Notes: generated from the letters alone by a model not told the origin. A stretch of DNA of 64,000 nucleotides from Nageia nagi (GCA_050084985.1 JBITNC010000001.1:146878001-146942000), one strand, 5' to 3'. Numbered from the stretch's first letter, positions 36,346-50,232 are shown. A program made the numbers and translations.

Positions 36346-38872
36346 TTGTACCTCCCTTATTTTGTTATATCTACAGCCTTAACCTTTTAAATATTTTAGA
36401 TTGTATATTGCATCTAATCTGTTACTATTACCAAGGTTTGGATTCAGTCTTCGAATCAATTCTTATTTGATGTTTGAGATGTTCTGATTGAAATCCTTTC
36501 CATTGATTGTATGTATTCATGCATGTAGGTAAGAACAATTGGTTCAATTGTTGTAAACCACTTGCGTTTGTTATCCATATCATTCAGAAATTTCTAGAAG
36601 GATATTATTTCTTGTTGCCTTTGAGAATGGGTAATCACATCTTTTCCCTGTATACTGTTAGAAACCTAATCTTTAAGGATTAGGGTATATTAATATAGTA
36701 GTAGTACTTACTATATTTAGTAAATTCGGCTATAGGAATTCATTTTATTTTTAGGAGTAATAAGGAAGTGCATATGAAGAGTCCATATGTAATTCAAAGG
36801 TTATCCATGGAGTTGAATATGTGAAGTTACTTTGTGATGTATTTATTTTTATATCAAAGCTAATACAATGCTTTTTGCCTTGGAGTTATTCTAACTTCTT
36901 ACATTGGTATCAAAGCTTGTGTTGAAGACCAAGAATTCATGAAGAAAAAGATCTTTTGAAGACTAAGAACTTTTGAAGACCAAGATTTGTTGAATACTAA
37001 AATTATAACTCCATTTTATAAAGTAAAACTTTGCCAAAATTTTCCCAGAATCTTTGCTATTTGTTTTTGCAAAATTTGTTCTTCCAAATAAAAAGTTGAG
37101 TCTAAATTCGGATACCCATTTCTGATCTCTTCATTTTCATATATAGGGTCATATATTTTCGAAGTTTTTTTGTATAAAAAATCCAAGTTTGAAATTCTTT
37201 GTATTCGTAGGGTTTCAATCTATTTGATTTGTGGTTTTTCAATGGTGGTATTTTGCGAGACCTTGATTTTGTTGCCATTTACTCTGTATGTGTTTTTTGA
37301 AACCCTATGCCTTTGAAACAAAACCACCCTCATGTGAAACTCGTGTGAACCATATATGACTACATGTGCTTGTTTCTATTATGTGTTTTGTGCCTTTTGC
37401 ATCCATGTATCCTCTCTCTAAAACTATGTGCACTATTTTTTCCCTGCAAAACCATTCACAAAAAAAAAAAACGCATGTTGTTCATACCCCCATGTCAAAC
37501 AACCATTCGCGCCTCTTCCTTTCCACCTATGTGTTGCTCACCATCCACCTCTATGTGGACACACATCGACCAACTTTTTTTTGTTGTTGGATAAACCACT
37601 TGTGAGGGAGAACTTTTTGTCTCGTGATATCATGGCACCATTTATCTTAGGCTTTGAGCCAACGACTGAGGGGCATCCACGCTATCAAAATCCACTAGGG
37701 GCATGATCCTCGCCTCATCCGCACCTACCATCACCTGAAAGGATTTTTGATTTAAATTAAAAATTAAATATTTAAAAAATTTAAAATTTAAATTTTGAAA
37801 TTAAAGTTTAGGTATATAATTTTTTAAAAATTGCAAGTGTATTTTTGCAATAAAATAAACATTTGAACTCCGATTTGGATGATTCTTTTTCTGTTGGATC
37901 TAGAATTTCGAAGACTACAATTTGAGAATAGTGTAAACCTGATTGGTGTTTTGCAAAGACATTTTCTTAGCAAAGATGTGTAAAGAATTTTGAGAAGATT
38001 GTTGAGTTTAAAGATTTGATAAAATGCATTCCCTCGTAAGTATTGTTGGTGTCGTATTGATTTGTAAAGAGAACTATTCGAAGTGGTTTAGAAAACTCAA
38101 ACATAACCTTATTTTCAATGATTTTTGGGTTGGCATTTGTGATGGTGACAATACTCGTACCAAACCGACTAATGCCAAGGAGCTTGCAGTTTGGAACCAT
38201 AAATATATGAAGGTGTATTCTTTGATTGTTGCTTCCGTGAATGAAGAGGTCAATCGCCATATTAGCTCAATTGATGATGCATGTAATTGATTCTCATTTC
38301 GAATTGGAATTGATTCTCATTCTGAATTGGAATTGATCTAATTACAGTTGAAACTTTTCAACCTTAAGTTAAAGGACAATGATCCCATGTTGTTGATACT
38401 TTGTGTGCTTTCCAAAAAGGAAAGAATCCACAATATGATTCTTCTAGAGGTGAAGGTAGTAGGCATGGTCGCAACAGGAATAACAAAGGAGGGGGGTAGA
38501 TCTAATCAAGGTGACTATGGATCTAATCTACATTGTGCTCGATGCGACAAGAATGGACATGATGCAAAAACTTATCGGACACCATGGGACAAAATCAAAG
38601 AGAAACACGAAAATAGGGAGCCAAAATATGAAAAGAGTAAGAAATCTGAAAATGCTCATTTTGTTATTGTTGAGTGCAATACTGGTATTAATGATTTGCT
38701 CAATACTTTATGTGCATCATGGGAAGATGCATTTTTGTTTGATACTGGTGCTTCATGTCACATGTGTTTTAGGAGAGACTTCTTTAAGGAGTTGAATGAT
38801 AACATTGATGGACCAGTATACTTTGTTGACATATCTAACATTAGACTTTCTGGAATTGGAACAATAAGACTC

Positions 38873-41800
38873 TGTTAGAAAGTATTTCTTTCCTGCGGCA
38901 ATTCTCTGAAATCATCGTAGGTTTGGTACTCCCAGCATCATAGTCATGAAAGTATTACCAATTCTCTTGCTTTAAAAGGATTGTCTACCTTTAAGGCTCT
39001 TGTTGAAACTCCTACTTAATGCTATGACGTTTGTAGGTAACTTGTAAAGCAAAATCCAATGCTTGTACAAATGTCTTTGCATAGGGATGTATTATGTGTG
39101 CGGTATCCCTCTCTGGAATCAGTCTCAGTGGAAAATGTATGGAATAAGAGATGGTAGCTTGTTAACCAATGTTTTTTAATAATGTATATAGTTTGTTCGT
39201 AATATTTGTGTATGGACTTAAAGATCATATTTGGTTTTTGTAAGCATAAATAAAGCGCAAAGAAAGCATAAAGGCAATACTGGAAAGTGAGACTTCACTT
39301 GTGAAACAAAAATGAATACTTGGTCAAATACCAAACTAATCACCACGACAGAGCATTGTCTAAAGAGTTTATCCTTTTCGAATCAGTTAAGGTGATTTCA
39401 TCCAATTCATCCAACTTTGTAAACAAACAACTATTGTTTGAGTTGTTCTAAACAGGAGTAAGAAGTGTGACCGATTGTGAACAATCAAATGGACGTGGTG
39501 GAAGAAATAGAGTTTGGATGAAATTCCTAGTTTGATGTCATGAAACAGGAAAAAAATTCAGAATACCTCATCTAACATGCATGTTATGAACCAAGCAACT
39601 ATCAAAGACTGGTTTTTAACACTTTATAAAGGTAAAAAAATGATACTTTCCCAAAAATGCATGAGTTTTCGAACGAAGGATGTGAAAGTGTCAAATGAAC
39701 AATGATAATCCTTAAGGATCAATTCACAACACCACAACTGGATAAACAAGCTTGATCTTTGCCTTAACCACTTTGTATATAGCTTATAAAAGAGTTATGC
39801 AAGAATACATCAATTTGCTCCTCTTTTACAAAAAATTCACTTTTTTTCACAAAATGAGCTCTAGTGAAAATGAAACCCTCTCTCTTGTTTATAGTCATTT
39901 TGGGGGATTTTTCTGAAAAAACCCTAAAATACTAAAACATGCTAATTTGAACGCTAAATTGAAATTACAATGACATTTAGTGGGAGAAAACACTCATCCC
40001 ACAAAATATGCTTGAAAATAAAATATTTATAGAAATTGATGCCCTCTGGCATGGATTTTGAGGCATTTTGCATCAATTTGGCAAAATTTGGAGCTTCAAA
40101 TCATCATTTTGGATCTGTTCATTAGTCTTTTGGGCACCTTTCTTTGTATTTGGATTTGCCCTTGATGTGATCATTTTGGCAAGTTTTCATACTTTTTTGA
40201 AAAAAAGTGAGTTTTTTGGTCTATTTTTTGGAAAAGATGAGGGGTCGATTTTGGAAAATTTTTAAAATGTAGATTTTACCTCATGGATGGGTGAAGGATG
40301 AAATTATAAGGTATTTGGCAACTTCTAAGAGGATTTGGAGCTTTTAGGCTTGAGGGGGCATTTTGAAGGTTCTATAAAGTTTTGCACTACTTTGCAAGAG
40401 ATAGAAAAAATAGAAAAGTTGGAAAACATGCGCCTAGGCATCATGGACATAATTTTTCTCTTTTTTCAAAAATTTCAAAAACCAAAGTGTTCACAATGGA
40501 AATGGGTACTCAAATCAAATCTCAAAATTGATTTCTAAAATTTTGGAGCTTGACTCAAAATTTTGCTCATTTGGAGTTTTCTATTTTTCCCCATTTTGGA
40601 GGACAAATCCATGGTTCGAAGGAGTTTTTCTTATCCAAATCATACACTTGGAAGACCAAAATGGTGTAGAATCACACCACCTACCCCATGGTAAAAAATT
40701 GCAATTTTAACAAATTTTAGGCTCCTAGAATGCTAGGCGCAAGATTTCTAGTGCTTGGCAAAGTTTGGAAAATGGCCAAGGGTTGGAAAAGATGGTAAAC
40801 CTGCGCCTAGGCATGGGAGGAGTATTTTTGAGTTTTTTCAATATTTTCAAGAGCAAAGATGCTTAATTTCTTGATCCCCACCCTACCTATCTCTTCAATT
40901 TTGATTTTGCAAATTTGCAAAATTTGAGAAAATTTTTAAGCACTCCCATTGGCTGTCCACTTTTTCATGATTTTGGAGTAGTAAATTTCATTTTTTTCCA
41001 ACACTTTAAAGGGCAATCATGTGTGGAATCAAATATTATATCCCATGGAGGTCAAAAATTCCAAATTTGACAAATTTTGAGGGCCTACGATGCTAGGTGC
41101 TGGTTTTCTAGTGCTTGGCAAGTTTGAGAAATTAGCCAAGGGGTGAAAAAGTTGGTAAGCCTGCGTCTAGGCATTGGAGTGGCGATTTTGTTGATTTTTC
41201 AACATTTCCAAGAGCAAAAATGCATAATTTAATGATTTCCATCACACTTTTCTCTTGGATTTTGATTTTGCAATTTAGAAAATTTGAGAAAATATTCAAG
41301 CATTCTCATTGGCTGCCCTCAACTCCTCTTTACTATTTTTTTTTTCATGTTTTGAGAGAGCAAAACTTGTCCAATTTGCAAACTTGAAAGACCAATTTGA
41401 TGTAGAGTTGCACAACCTATCTTCTCATGCTCAAAAATTCCAATTTTGACTCAATTTGGGGGCTTCAAATCCTAGGCGCTAATTTTCCATGTCTTGATAT
41501 TGTTGACAAGGTTTGGAAAAGTTGGAAAACATATGTCTACCTCTTGGCTCAATAAATTTGTTCATCTTTTGAATTTTCCAAGAGCTAACCTTAGTCATTT
41601 TGCAAGGTATTCAAAAGGGTATGCTTACATTTTAGTTGGCCTTTTTTTGGAAAAATATAATTTTTTGTGTAAGATCAATTCCATACTCTTTGGAGGCCTT
41701 AAGATCTTAATTCATTCATTTGGCCCTCAAAGGGAGCGCCTTTGGTCGAAATTGAGAAGTTCCAAGCCCATACGTACTTTAATCTAGATTGTCCATAACC

Positions 41801-42373
41801 CTATGTTGCCAAACTTATCAAATACCACAATTCTACACTATCTATTTAGCATTGGAGGTTTCTACTTGATCACTTGATCCTTCATCATCTCCAAAGGCAA
41901 AGGTACTTAATTTCCAATTTTGCACTTGGCTTATCTTTAAGATCGCTTGAATAAACTCTAGGCCATTTCCAAGAGCAAAGGTATTAAATTTCCCATTTTG
42001 CACTTGGCTCATCTTTAAGATCGCTTGAATCAACTCTAGGCCATTTCCAAGAGCAAAGGTACTAAATTTTCTATTTTGCACTTGGCTAATCTTTAAAAAC
42101 TGTGCTCACTACTTAGGAACACCATCTCTTGGAGTTAGGAGTTTTGAAGGCTCCATAATTGATAATCTGCACACTGAATTGTCTCACAACGTCATGTGAA
42201 TAGCCTTTGTGCACCATCTTTAGTAGTATCAATTGTTTTAGAACACTCATGATCAATCCCCTGTCATCCTAATCGAATCCCTTCACTTTCTTGCTCAGAA
42301 AGTGGATTTCCAAATTTGCAAAAATAGGGTCCCCAAAATCTTATATTTTGGGGTATGTTGTGCGGGCACAACA
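38873..42373 (-). mobile_element. 3.5-kb solo-LTR-like insert (Gypsy-type) nested in Copia-3
   Basis: Splits the Copia frame GIGTIRL|KLLGLPDFVLHDVLYLP. Minus strand starts TGTTGTGCCCGCACAACA and ends ...CTAACA. Flanks GACTC/AAATC. Internal ~360-bp (40430-41500) and 78-bp (41890-42095) repeats. Confidence 0.8.
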
Positions 42374-45300
42374 AAATCAAATTGCTAGGCCTTCCAGATT
42401 TTGTTCTTCATGACGTTCTCTATCTTCCACAATTGAGGAAGAATTTGCTTTCTCTAGTTGTAATCCATCAATAGGGCCATTCCATTCACATGTTCGATGA
42501 CAAAGTAGAGATAAGGAGATCTTCCACCAACAAGATTGCAATTATTGGAATCGAGGATGAGGAGCTACTGAAGCTAAAAGGAACTTCTATTAGGTCAAAG
42601 AATTATGCAGTTCTCAGCCTTCAAGGAAAAGGAACACTTCCATCTAGTCTTTTGTGGCATGCTAGATTTGGCCACCTTAATTATGATGACCTTTGTTTGA
42701 TGAAGAAGGTAGGTATTAGTGGTTTGCCTACAATTCCTAAAAACATATAACCTTGTGAAGCATGTATCTTAGGCAAGCATTGCAAGCAAACATTCATTGA
42801 TTTAAAATGGAGACAATGTAAAAAGCTTGAACTCATCCACTCTGATTTGTGTGGACCCTTTCTTGTACCATCTGATATTGGAAACAAATATTTCATGATT
42901 TTCATTGATGATTATAGGAGAATGTGTTGGGTGTACTTGTTGAAGAATAAGTATGATGCATTTCAAAAATTCAAAGAATTTAATGTTAGGATAGAAAAAG
43001 AAGCAAACACTCGTATTGGAACACTTCGTATTGATAATGGGGGAGTATACTTCAAATGAATTCAAAGCCTATCTTTGCCAATATGGAATCAAACATCAAC
43101 TTGTTGATCCTTACAATCCACAACATAATTGTGTAGTACGAAGGATGATCAAAACACTCTTGAATATGATTCGTTCAATATTGTTTTTCAAGAATGTTAA
43201 ATTGATGTTTTGGGGTGATGTAGTTCATTATGAAGTCTATGTGAAGAAAATATGCTTGTGTCATGCTCTTGACAATCATAAGACTTTGTATGAAATGTGG
43301 TTTGGTCGTCTTCTTTCGATTAAGCATCTTAGGGTTTTTGGTTCCACTTGTTATGCCTTGATTCCTAAGCAACAAAGAGGCAAACTTGATGCTAGGAGTT
43401 GCAAATGCATTTTCTTGGGGTACTTAGATCCTACCAAGGGATATAACCTTTATGACGAGGCAAACAAAAAATTCCTCTTTGTAAGGGATGTAATTTTTCT
43501 TGAATGTTTGAAGAGTGACATGATTGTTGAGTGACAACTTGATCACCTAGATAAGTTTACCCGTGGAAAGCATTCTCTTGAAGCAAATTATGAGATTCCA
43601 AATCTTGAAGGGGGGATCTCGATATTGGATCAAATTTGGAATCTATTCCACTTGTTCCTGAAAAGCAAGCACCTCAAGCACCCCCCCTCCTCCAGATTCT
43701 TCCAATTCATTAGAGTCAAAAAGAGAAGATTAGTTGGATGGTGTGATTTCAAGGATTGGTAGATTGAGTCTTGATGGAAATGTTGCTCCTCCTTAGCCAG
43801 TTGATCAACCCAAATCATCTTAGAGGATTCTAGAATGGATCTCCAAAACACTTTAAAGTGTTCATCCTGATGAAGCAGGGAAAACGGGAACTATAGGTTC
43901 TTATCAAGCAAGAGAAGTAGATGGAGCGTTAGAAGATTCAAATTCAAATGATGATGATGATATGGATTGTTCCTTTTATTGTGAATTGAATTTATCTCTT
44001 GACCCAGAGCCAACTTCTTTTAAAGAAGTTATTTCTCATGATGTGTGGAAAGAAGCCATGAAGAAAGAATATGATGCTCTCATCAAGAACGAGTATTCCA
44101 ATTCAGATGATGATGATGATATGGATTTTTCCTTTGATTGTGAGTTGAATTTATCTGTCGACTCAAAGCCAACTTCCTTTAAAGAAGTTACTTCTCATGG
44201 TGTGTGGAAAGAAGCCATGAAGAAAGAATGTGATGCTCTTATCAAGAATGAGACATGGAAGTGGGTAGATCCTCCATATAGAACCAAACCAATAGGTTGC
44301 AAGTGGATATTCAAAAATAAGTACAAATCAAACGGCTTACTTGACAAACAAAAAGCGAGGCTTGTGGCAAAAGGTTTTGCACAAAAAGAAAGTATTGACT
44401 ATGATGAGACTTTTGCTCCTACAATAAATTGATAGACCAATTGTTCTTTGTTGGTTATGTCAGCTTAGTATGGATGGAAAGTTCATCAAATGGACATGAA
44501 GACAACATTCCTAAATGGTGATTAGAAAGACAATGTGTACATGAAACAACTAGAAGGATTTGCAGTGAAAGGTCGAGAACAAAAGGTATTCAAACTTATC
44601 AAGTCTTTGTACAACCTAAAGCAAGCTCCTCGTGCCTGGTATTAAAAGCTTACTGAGCATTTTTTGAAAATCAATTTTGAGTACAACAATCTTGAGAATG
44701 CAACTTTATTTGTCAAGAAAGTTGCAAAATTGTTGTATTTTTTGTGGTGTATATTGATGATCTTTCAATAACAAGAAACAATGAAGGATACATTGAATCC
44801 GTAAAAAAAATTGAAGAGGTTTTGAAATGACCGATATGGGGCATCTTCACTATTACTTGGGTGTTGTAGTGAATCAAACATCCAAATACATATTCATTTC
44901 CCAAAGAAAGTACATGGGAGAATAGATTTGGCATGCAAGATTTTAAACCTTTTTCTACTCCAATGGAACAACATTTAAAGTTGCAATCAATTGAAGGTAA
45001 CCAATTTAAGAATGCTAGAAAATATAGACAACTCATTGGAAATCTCATTTATCTGACCATAACAAGGCCAAACATTTCATTTGCGATTGGACTCCTTTCT
45101 CAGTTTATGCAAAAACTATGTGAAGGACATTAGGTAGCACCGTAGCAACACTCACATATTCTATAGAGGTAGAATATGTGGTTGCTGCAAAGGAAATAAA
45201 GGAGATTGTGTGGCTCGTGAAGATACTAGAAGACTTGTGGGAGAAACAAGTGCAACCAATTCCACTTTTGATTGATAACATTTCTGCAATACATTTGGCC

Positions 45301-45951
45301 AGGAATCCTGAATTCCATGATTGAATAAAACACATCAACACAAAATTTCATTTAATTTGATATCATGTAGAGGCCAAGACAAAGAGAATAGAGTTTCGAC
45401 TTCAAGCTATCTCATGAGTCTTGGATCGACAACAACAAAGAGGGTCCTTGGATATTTGAAGGGAACTCAAGATTTTGGGCTCAAATATTCCAAGGTGAAA
45501 GGCTTCAGATTGGTTGGATATTCAAATTCAGACTTTGATAGAAACAAAGAGAAACAGAGTTTCGACTTCAAGCTATCTCATGAGTCTTGGATCAACAACT
45601 ATCTCTTGGAGGTCATGAAGACAATCCATTCCAGTAGTTTCCATTACAGAGGGACAATATGTGGTTGTTGTATAGGCAAAAAAGGAGATTGTGTGGCTCA
45701 AGAAGATACTAGAAGATTTGTAGTAGAAATAAGTGCAACCAACTCTACTTTTGAGTGATAACATTTCTACAATACATTTGGCCAAAGAATCCTAAATTCC
45801 ATGATCGAACCAAACACATCAACACAAGATTTCATTTGGTTCAATATCATGTAGAGGCCAAGACAATTCAGTTGAAACATTGTTCTGCAGAGGAGTAAAC
45901 TAGTGACATCTTCACCAAAGCGCTTGATGAGAAAAGTTTGAGAAGTTCAGA

Positions 45952-46308
45952 ATGATGCTTGGATTTACAAATACCCCTTGGATTGAGGGGGGAATGTTAG
46001 GCATCTAATCCTTAAGGATTATAGTATATATAATCTAGTAGTAGTACGTACTATATTTAGTAAATTCGATATAATGCTTGGATTTACAAATACCCCTTGG
46101 ATTGAGGGGGGAATGTTAGGCATCTAATCCTTAAGGATTATAGTATATATAATCTAGTAGTAGTACGTACTATATTTAGTAAATTCGGTATGATGCTTGG
46201 ATTTACAAATACCCCTTGGATTGAGGGGGGAATGTTAGGCATCTAATCCTTAAGGATTATAGTATATATAATCTAGTAGTAGTACGTACTATATTTAGTA
46301 AATTCGGT
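45952..46308 (+). repeat. Three tandem 119-bp copies spanning the pol end, PPT and start of the 3' LTR
   Basis: LTR start TGTTAGGCATC recurs at 45995, 46114 and 46233, each preceded by a PPT. Confidence 0.97.
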
Positions 46309-47321
46309 TATAGGAATTTACTTGATTTTTAGGAGTAATAAGGAAGTGTATATGAAGAATCCATGTGTGATCCAAAAGTCACCCATGGAGGTGAATGTGT
46401 AAAGTCACTTTGTAATCTATTTATTCTCATATCAAAGCTAATACAATGCTTTTTGCCTTGGAGTTATTCTAACTTCTTACATATACTTTGGTAGGACGTC
46501 ATGCCATTCCTTTGTTAATTTTACAAAATGGAAGCTTGGATTATCATTTATTGTTTTTTTAGTAGCTTTGTCTTTCGTTGTTGTTATGATAAGCCCCCTC
46601 ATGAGTTTGAATATTTTGATTAGCACCACTTACTGGAACCGTATATCAGTGTCTGCAACATCCCTGCCGACTGTCTACCATGTTGCTAGTATCACAACCA
46701 TAGGAATCTGTAATTTTCTTAGACATACTTAGTCGTGGCTGAAAATCCTCAACATTGTCAGGTAGTGGGATTTGTCCTCTTTGCACTGTTTGTAAAAAGT
46801 GACAAATCCTCAGTTTGGTGTGATTTCCTTGCTATCAGTTTGGGTCTTCTTAAATCTCTTGTAGATTCATTTGTTTGGTTGTTTTGAATTCTTTTTTATT
46901 TATTAGATGTAGTTCACATTTTTTTATTCTTTTAACGTGTATGCTAATAACAACTTGATCTGCTTGTTCTTTCTTTTTCCTTTTGGCTTGTACACTATAT
47001 TAATTTTCCAGCAGCTTTGATATCTTTGATGTTATTCCTTATCAGTTTTGGTGAGTGTTGATTATCCATTGAGCGGAAATGGCTGCTTTCTCTCTAATCT
47101 CTTATTCCAACTGCAAAAATCTACTTTTTAATCAAAATTTTGACTTTTTGATTGTTCCGTAATTGGAACATGTTTGGTTTTGGTTTATACATCCATTTCA
47201 TTATGACATATTTTTTAATGTTCTGCTGATTTCATTACATTTTGGGTTGATATTTTAATAGAATTGCAATGGAAGGAAAGTCTTAATTAAGAATTACTAA
47301 TTTGTGAAATTTTGGTTTCAG

Positions 47322-47519
47322 GGACAAGCTCAAAAAAATCGCCGCTTTATGATATATGTTCATTCAAAGGGAATGATAGTAGATGATGAATATGTTATTA
47401 TTGGCTCTGCAAATATCAATGAGCGCTCTTTGGATGGTTCAAGAGATACAGAGATCGCTATGGGTTCATACCAACCCCACTATACCTGGGCTCGACAACA
47501 TGGCCATCCACATGGCCAG
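47322..47519 (+). CDS. PLDdelta: PLD delta-like exon with the second catalytic HKD motif ([13 protein letters not shown]...GSANINERS...HGQ)
   Basis: CAG/GTTCG boundaries, HxKxxxxD and RDTEIAMG motifs. Confidence 0.97.
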
Positions 47520-47658
47520 GTTCGATATGAGTTCTATCATTATCTTTTTCAATAATTCTTATTTGTTTTATTGATTTTTCACAAATGAAATTGCTTTTAG
47601 ACGTTGAAAGATTATGCATACCCTAGGCATTCTTGTAAATACTCATGATTATCTTATA

Positions 47659-48092
47659 CATTGTTGGAAAATTCAGACTCAGGAACTACATGGCAAGAAC
47701 ATTTTTGGAGAGTCCTTGGCAATTTGGAGAGTACTCGGCAAAAACTCTGGAAAAAAATACCTTGAACATTTCATGAAAAAAATATACAAAAATATATTTT
47801 AATTAAAAATTGATGATGCATCTTCAAATCCTTCACAAATTGACCTGTAGTGCAAAAATCTGAGCAAACACAATGGAATAAGAACAATGAGACAGTTAAA
47901 AGACAATTTTTGGTATTGACTGTCTTTTTTTTTTTCATGTTTTTTGGCTTTGTTTTGACAGTAGGCAAGTAACCTATGAGTAACTGGCCGGGTAACCGCC
48001 AGGGCTGAGTAATGCCATGGGTTACTTGTTTAGCTTGCCAATCACGGTTACCCACGAGTAACCAGCGATTACTCACACATTTTCAGACAATG
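47659..48092. mobile_element. hAT-type MITE
   Basis: TIRs CATTGTTGGAAAAT / ATTTTCAGACAATG. 8-bp TSD ATCTTATA/ATCATAAA (6/8). ACTC/GAGT subterminal motifs. Confidence 0.75.
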
Positions 48093-48124
48093 ATCATAAA
48101 TATTGTTAAATACTGTTTATTTTT

Positions 48125-48979
48125 GGGAAAATATCCAAAATACCCCTATAATTTGAGGTAATATAAAAAATATCCCTATTTTTTAATAAATATCCAAAAT
48201 AACCTTGGCATATCTCTCCAATCCTAATCTTTCGAATGTTCAGGATAGCACCAGATCACTTCAATCTTAATCTTTCTTACCTTCAATTATTCAGGACAGC
48301 ACCGCATCGAATCAGAAATCATCAGTGAAATACTTTGTGAAACATCAGCATTGCAGTACTCAGGAGCAATGAAAATGTGTGATTTGAGGCTCATCTCCCA
48401 AAGCTTTGCAATGTTATCCACCATGATCAAATTGGAGTTGAGGTAAACAATCTCCCCAACTAGGCATGTAGAATGTCAGCTAAGTATGTGCGAGCGTACT
48501 TCAGTGGCTGATATCTTGTCCTTGATTCTGGGAAAGCATGACTTATAGAGTAAGATATCTTTTCCTTGATAATAGTCTCATCAAAATGATACAATTTGAA
48601 CCACAGGTTGGAAAAAGTGGCCAATAGCATCGCCTTTAGGGTGGATTCCTGCTGAGAAATCATGAAATGGAAGATAATGCTCTCGAGACAGGAAACATGC
48701 TAGAGATTTGACAAAGTTCTGGCAGTATGACATGTACCGCAAATAGCAGAGCTAATTCTCCTTGAACCAGAGCCATGGTAGATTCACTGGGGGAGCAACA
48801 CATTCTTTGCTATTGCAGATTATCAAAACTTGTTGGAAAATAGGTAGACTCTACGATATGCAAAGAATATAAAGGTGGTGGAACATACATTGTGTTCGAG
48901 GGGTATTTTGGATATTTCTAAAAAATATGGGTATTTTTGATATTATATCAAGTTATAGAGGTGTTTTGGATATTTTCCT
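48125..48979. mobile_element. Pack-MULE (non-autonomous Mutator-like element with captured gene fragment)
   Basis: ~80-bp TIRs (GGGAAAATATCCAAAATACCCCTATAATTTGA... / ...TCAAGTTATAGAGGTGTTTTGGATATTTTCCT). Perfect 9-bp TSD TTTATTTTT (48116-48124, 48980-48988). Interior encodes a GATL fragment. Confidence 0.9.
48293..48700 (-). pseudogene. GATL: Captured galacturonosyltransferase-like (GT8) fragment
   Basis: HVSCLESIIFHF...FKLYHFDE...KISYSISHA...QPLKYARTYLADIL, then after a frameshift EIVYLNSNLIMVDNIAKLW...APEYCNA..FTKYFT. Matches the recalled GATL consensus (SCPENIFFHF, PLNYARNYLADLL, VIYLDSDLVVVDDIAKLW, APEYCHANFTKYFT). Confidence 0.9.
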
Positions 48980-49789
48980 TTTATTTTTTCATTGAAAAAA
49001 TACAATATTTGGCATAGTAAGCATCTTGTAGATGTCATACTCCTAGTTGTTCATATTAACAAAGATATTTTATTTTTACCTGGAAAATAACCACTTTGTT
49101 CTCGACTTCACCATTTTGGCAGATGAGGTCACGTATCAAGCAATCTATAAGTCATATTTTCCTTATTTTACTTAACTTTATAGAACATGCCATCCAGAGA
49201 AGCCCTAGTCTCCATAGAGCTTTATATTTGATCCTTTGCCACCATAATTATGTGATATTTGATTGTCGATGCTTCTTTTCATCCATGTTGATGGTGACAA
49301 TAAAAACTTTGTGATTTAGTGAGAATAATGCCAATCAGAGCCTATTATGGTTTGAGTATTTCCCTTGGTCTATTGAGAGTTTGTTCTCATCAAGTTTGTA
49401 TTGAGATAGGCCAACATATTATTCATGTTGATAGTATCGGCTGTCTTTGCTTGCAAAGAAATGGAGAATGATGAGTACTTCATCCTCAAATTCCTTGTCT
49501 ATTTAAGATTTATGCGTAGTATCATTGTTTGTATATAGACTTTGTGGTTCCACTTTCATTTGTGACATAGATCAAAGGTTCTTGTTGCTATTTTCTTGGG
49601 GGATGGTAATGTTTTGGTGCATGAATCTTTAGGATAAATCCAAACGCATTCAAGCCCATTTTAGATAGTGAGGCAGTTAAGTTTTCCTTAGATATAGTCA
49701 CTGGGCATGTTCATGGAGCTATGTTAATGAGATGACTACTTGTAGATTGGCTACAAAATGCCTCTCATCCTTATCACAGGTGTTTTAAC

Positions 49790-50232
49790 CATAGAATAAA
49801 AAAACGGTTTTTTGAAAATACGGCTCCAGGCTAGAGACGTAGAAACGACCAATAAACGGTCAAAATATGTTGAATACGGCAACAATTCGTGGGTTTTAAA
49901 ATTCGTAAATACAAAAAAAAGGGACAAAAAATGCCAAAAAAATGGAAAAAATGGGAAAAATTTGCGACAAAAAAACTGTCAAATTTGAGGAAAAAAGGGT
50001 CAAAAAACGGAAAAAATGGTCAAAAAATGGCAAGGGGTATATTCTTCTTTTATATTTTTTGGACGTTTAAATGGAAAATACGGAAAAAACGAGAAAAGGC
50101 CACGTTCTCAACCTACAGTCAACGTTTTTTGCTAGCAAAAAACAGCATTTTTTGAGGGAAAATACATTTTTTCAAAAAACGAAAAAAAAACGGCATTTTT
50201 TGCGTTTAAACGGCGTTTTTTTTTATTCTATG
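49790..50232. mobile_element. hAT-type MITE
   Basis: TIRs CATAGAATAAAAAAACG / CGTTTTTTTTTATTCTATG. 8-bp TSD GTTTTAAC/GTTGTAAC. Confidence 0.9.

Larger units (their letters stand above)
36656..46481 (+). mobile_element. Ty1/Copia LTR retrotransposon, full-length but degenerate (Copia-3)
   Basis: Perfect TSD TATAC (36651-36655, 46482-46486). LTRs 36656-36903 and 46233-46481 with TG...CA ends. PBS TGGTATCAAAGC at 36905-36916. PPT GAGGGGGGAA. gag, protease (FDTGASCHM), integrase (WHARFGHLN, FIDDY), RT, RNase H. Confidence 0.97.
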
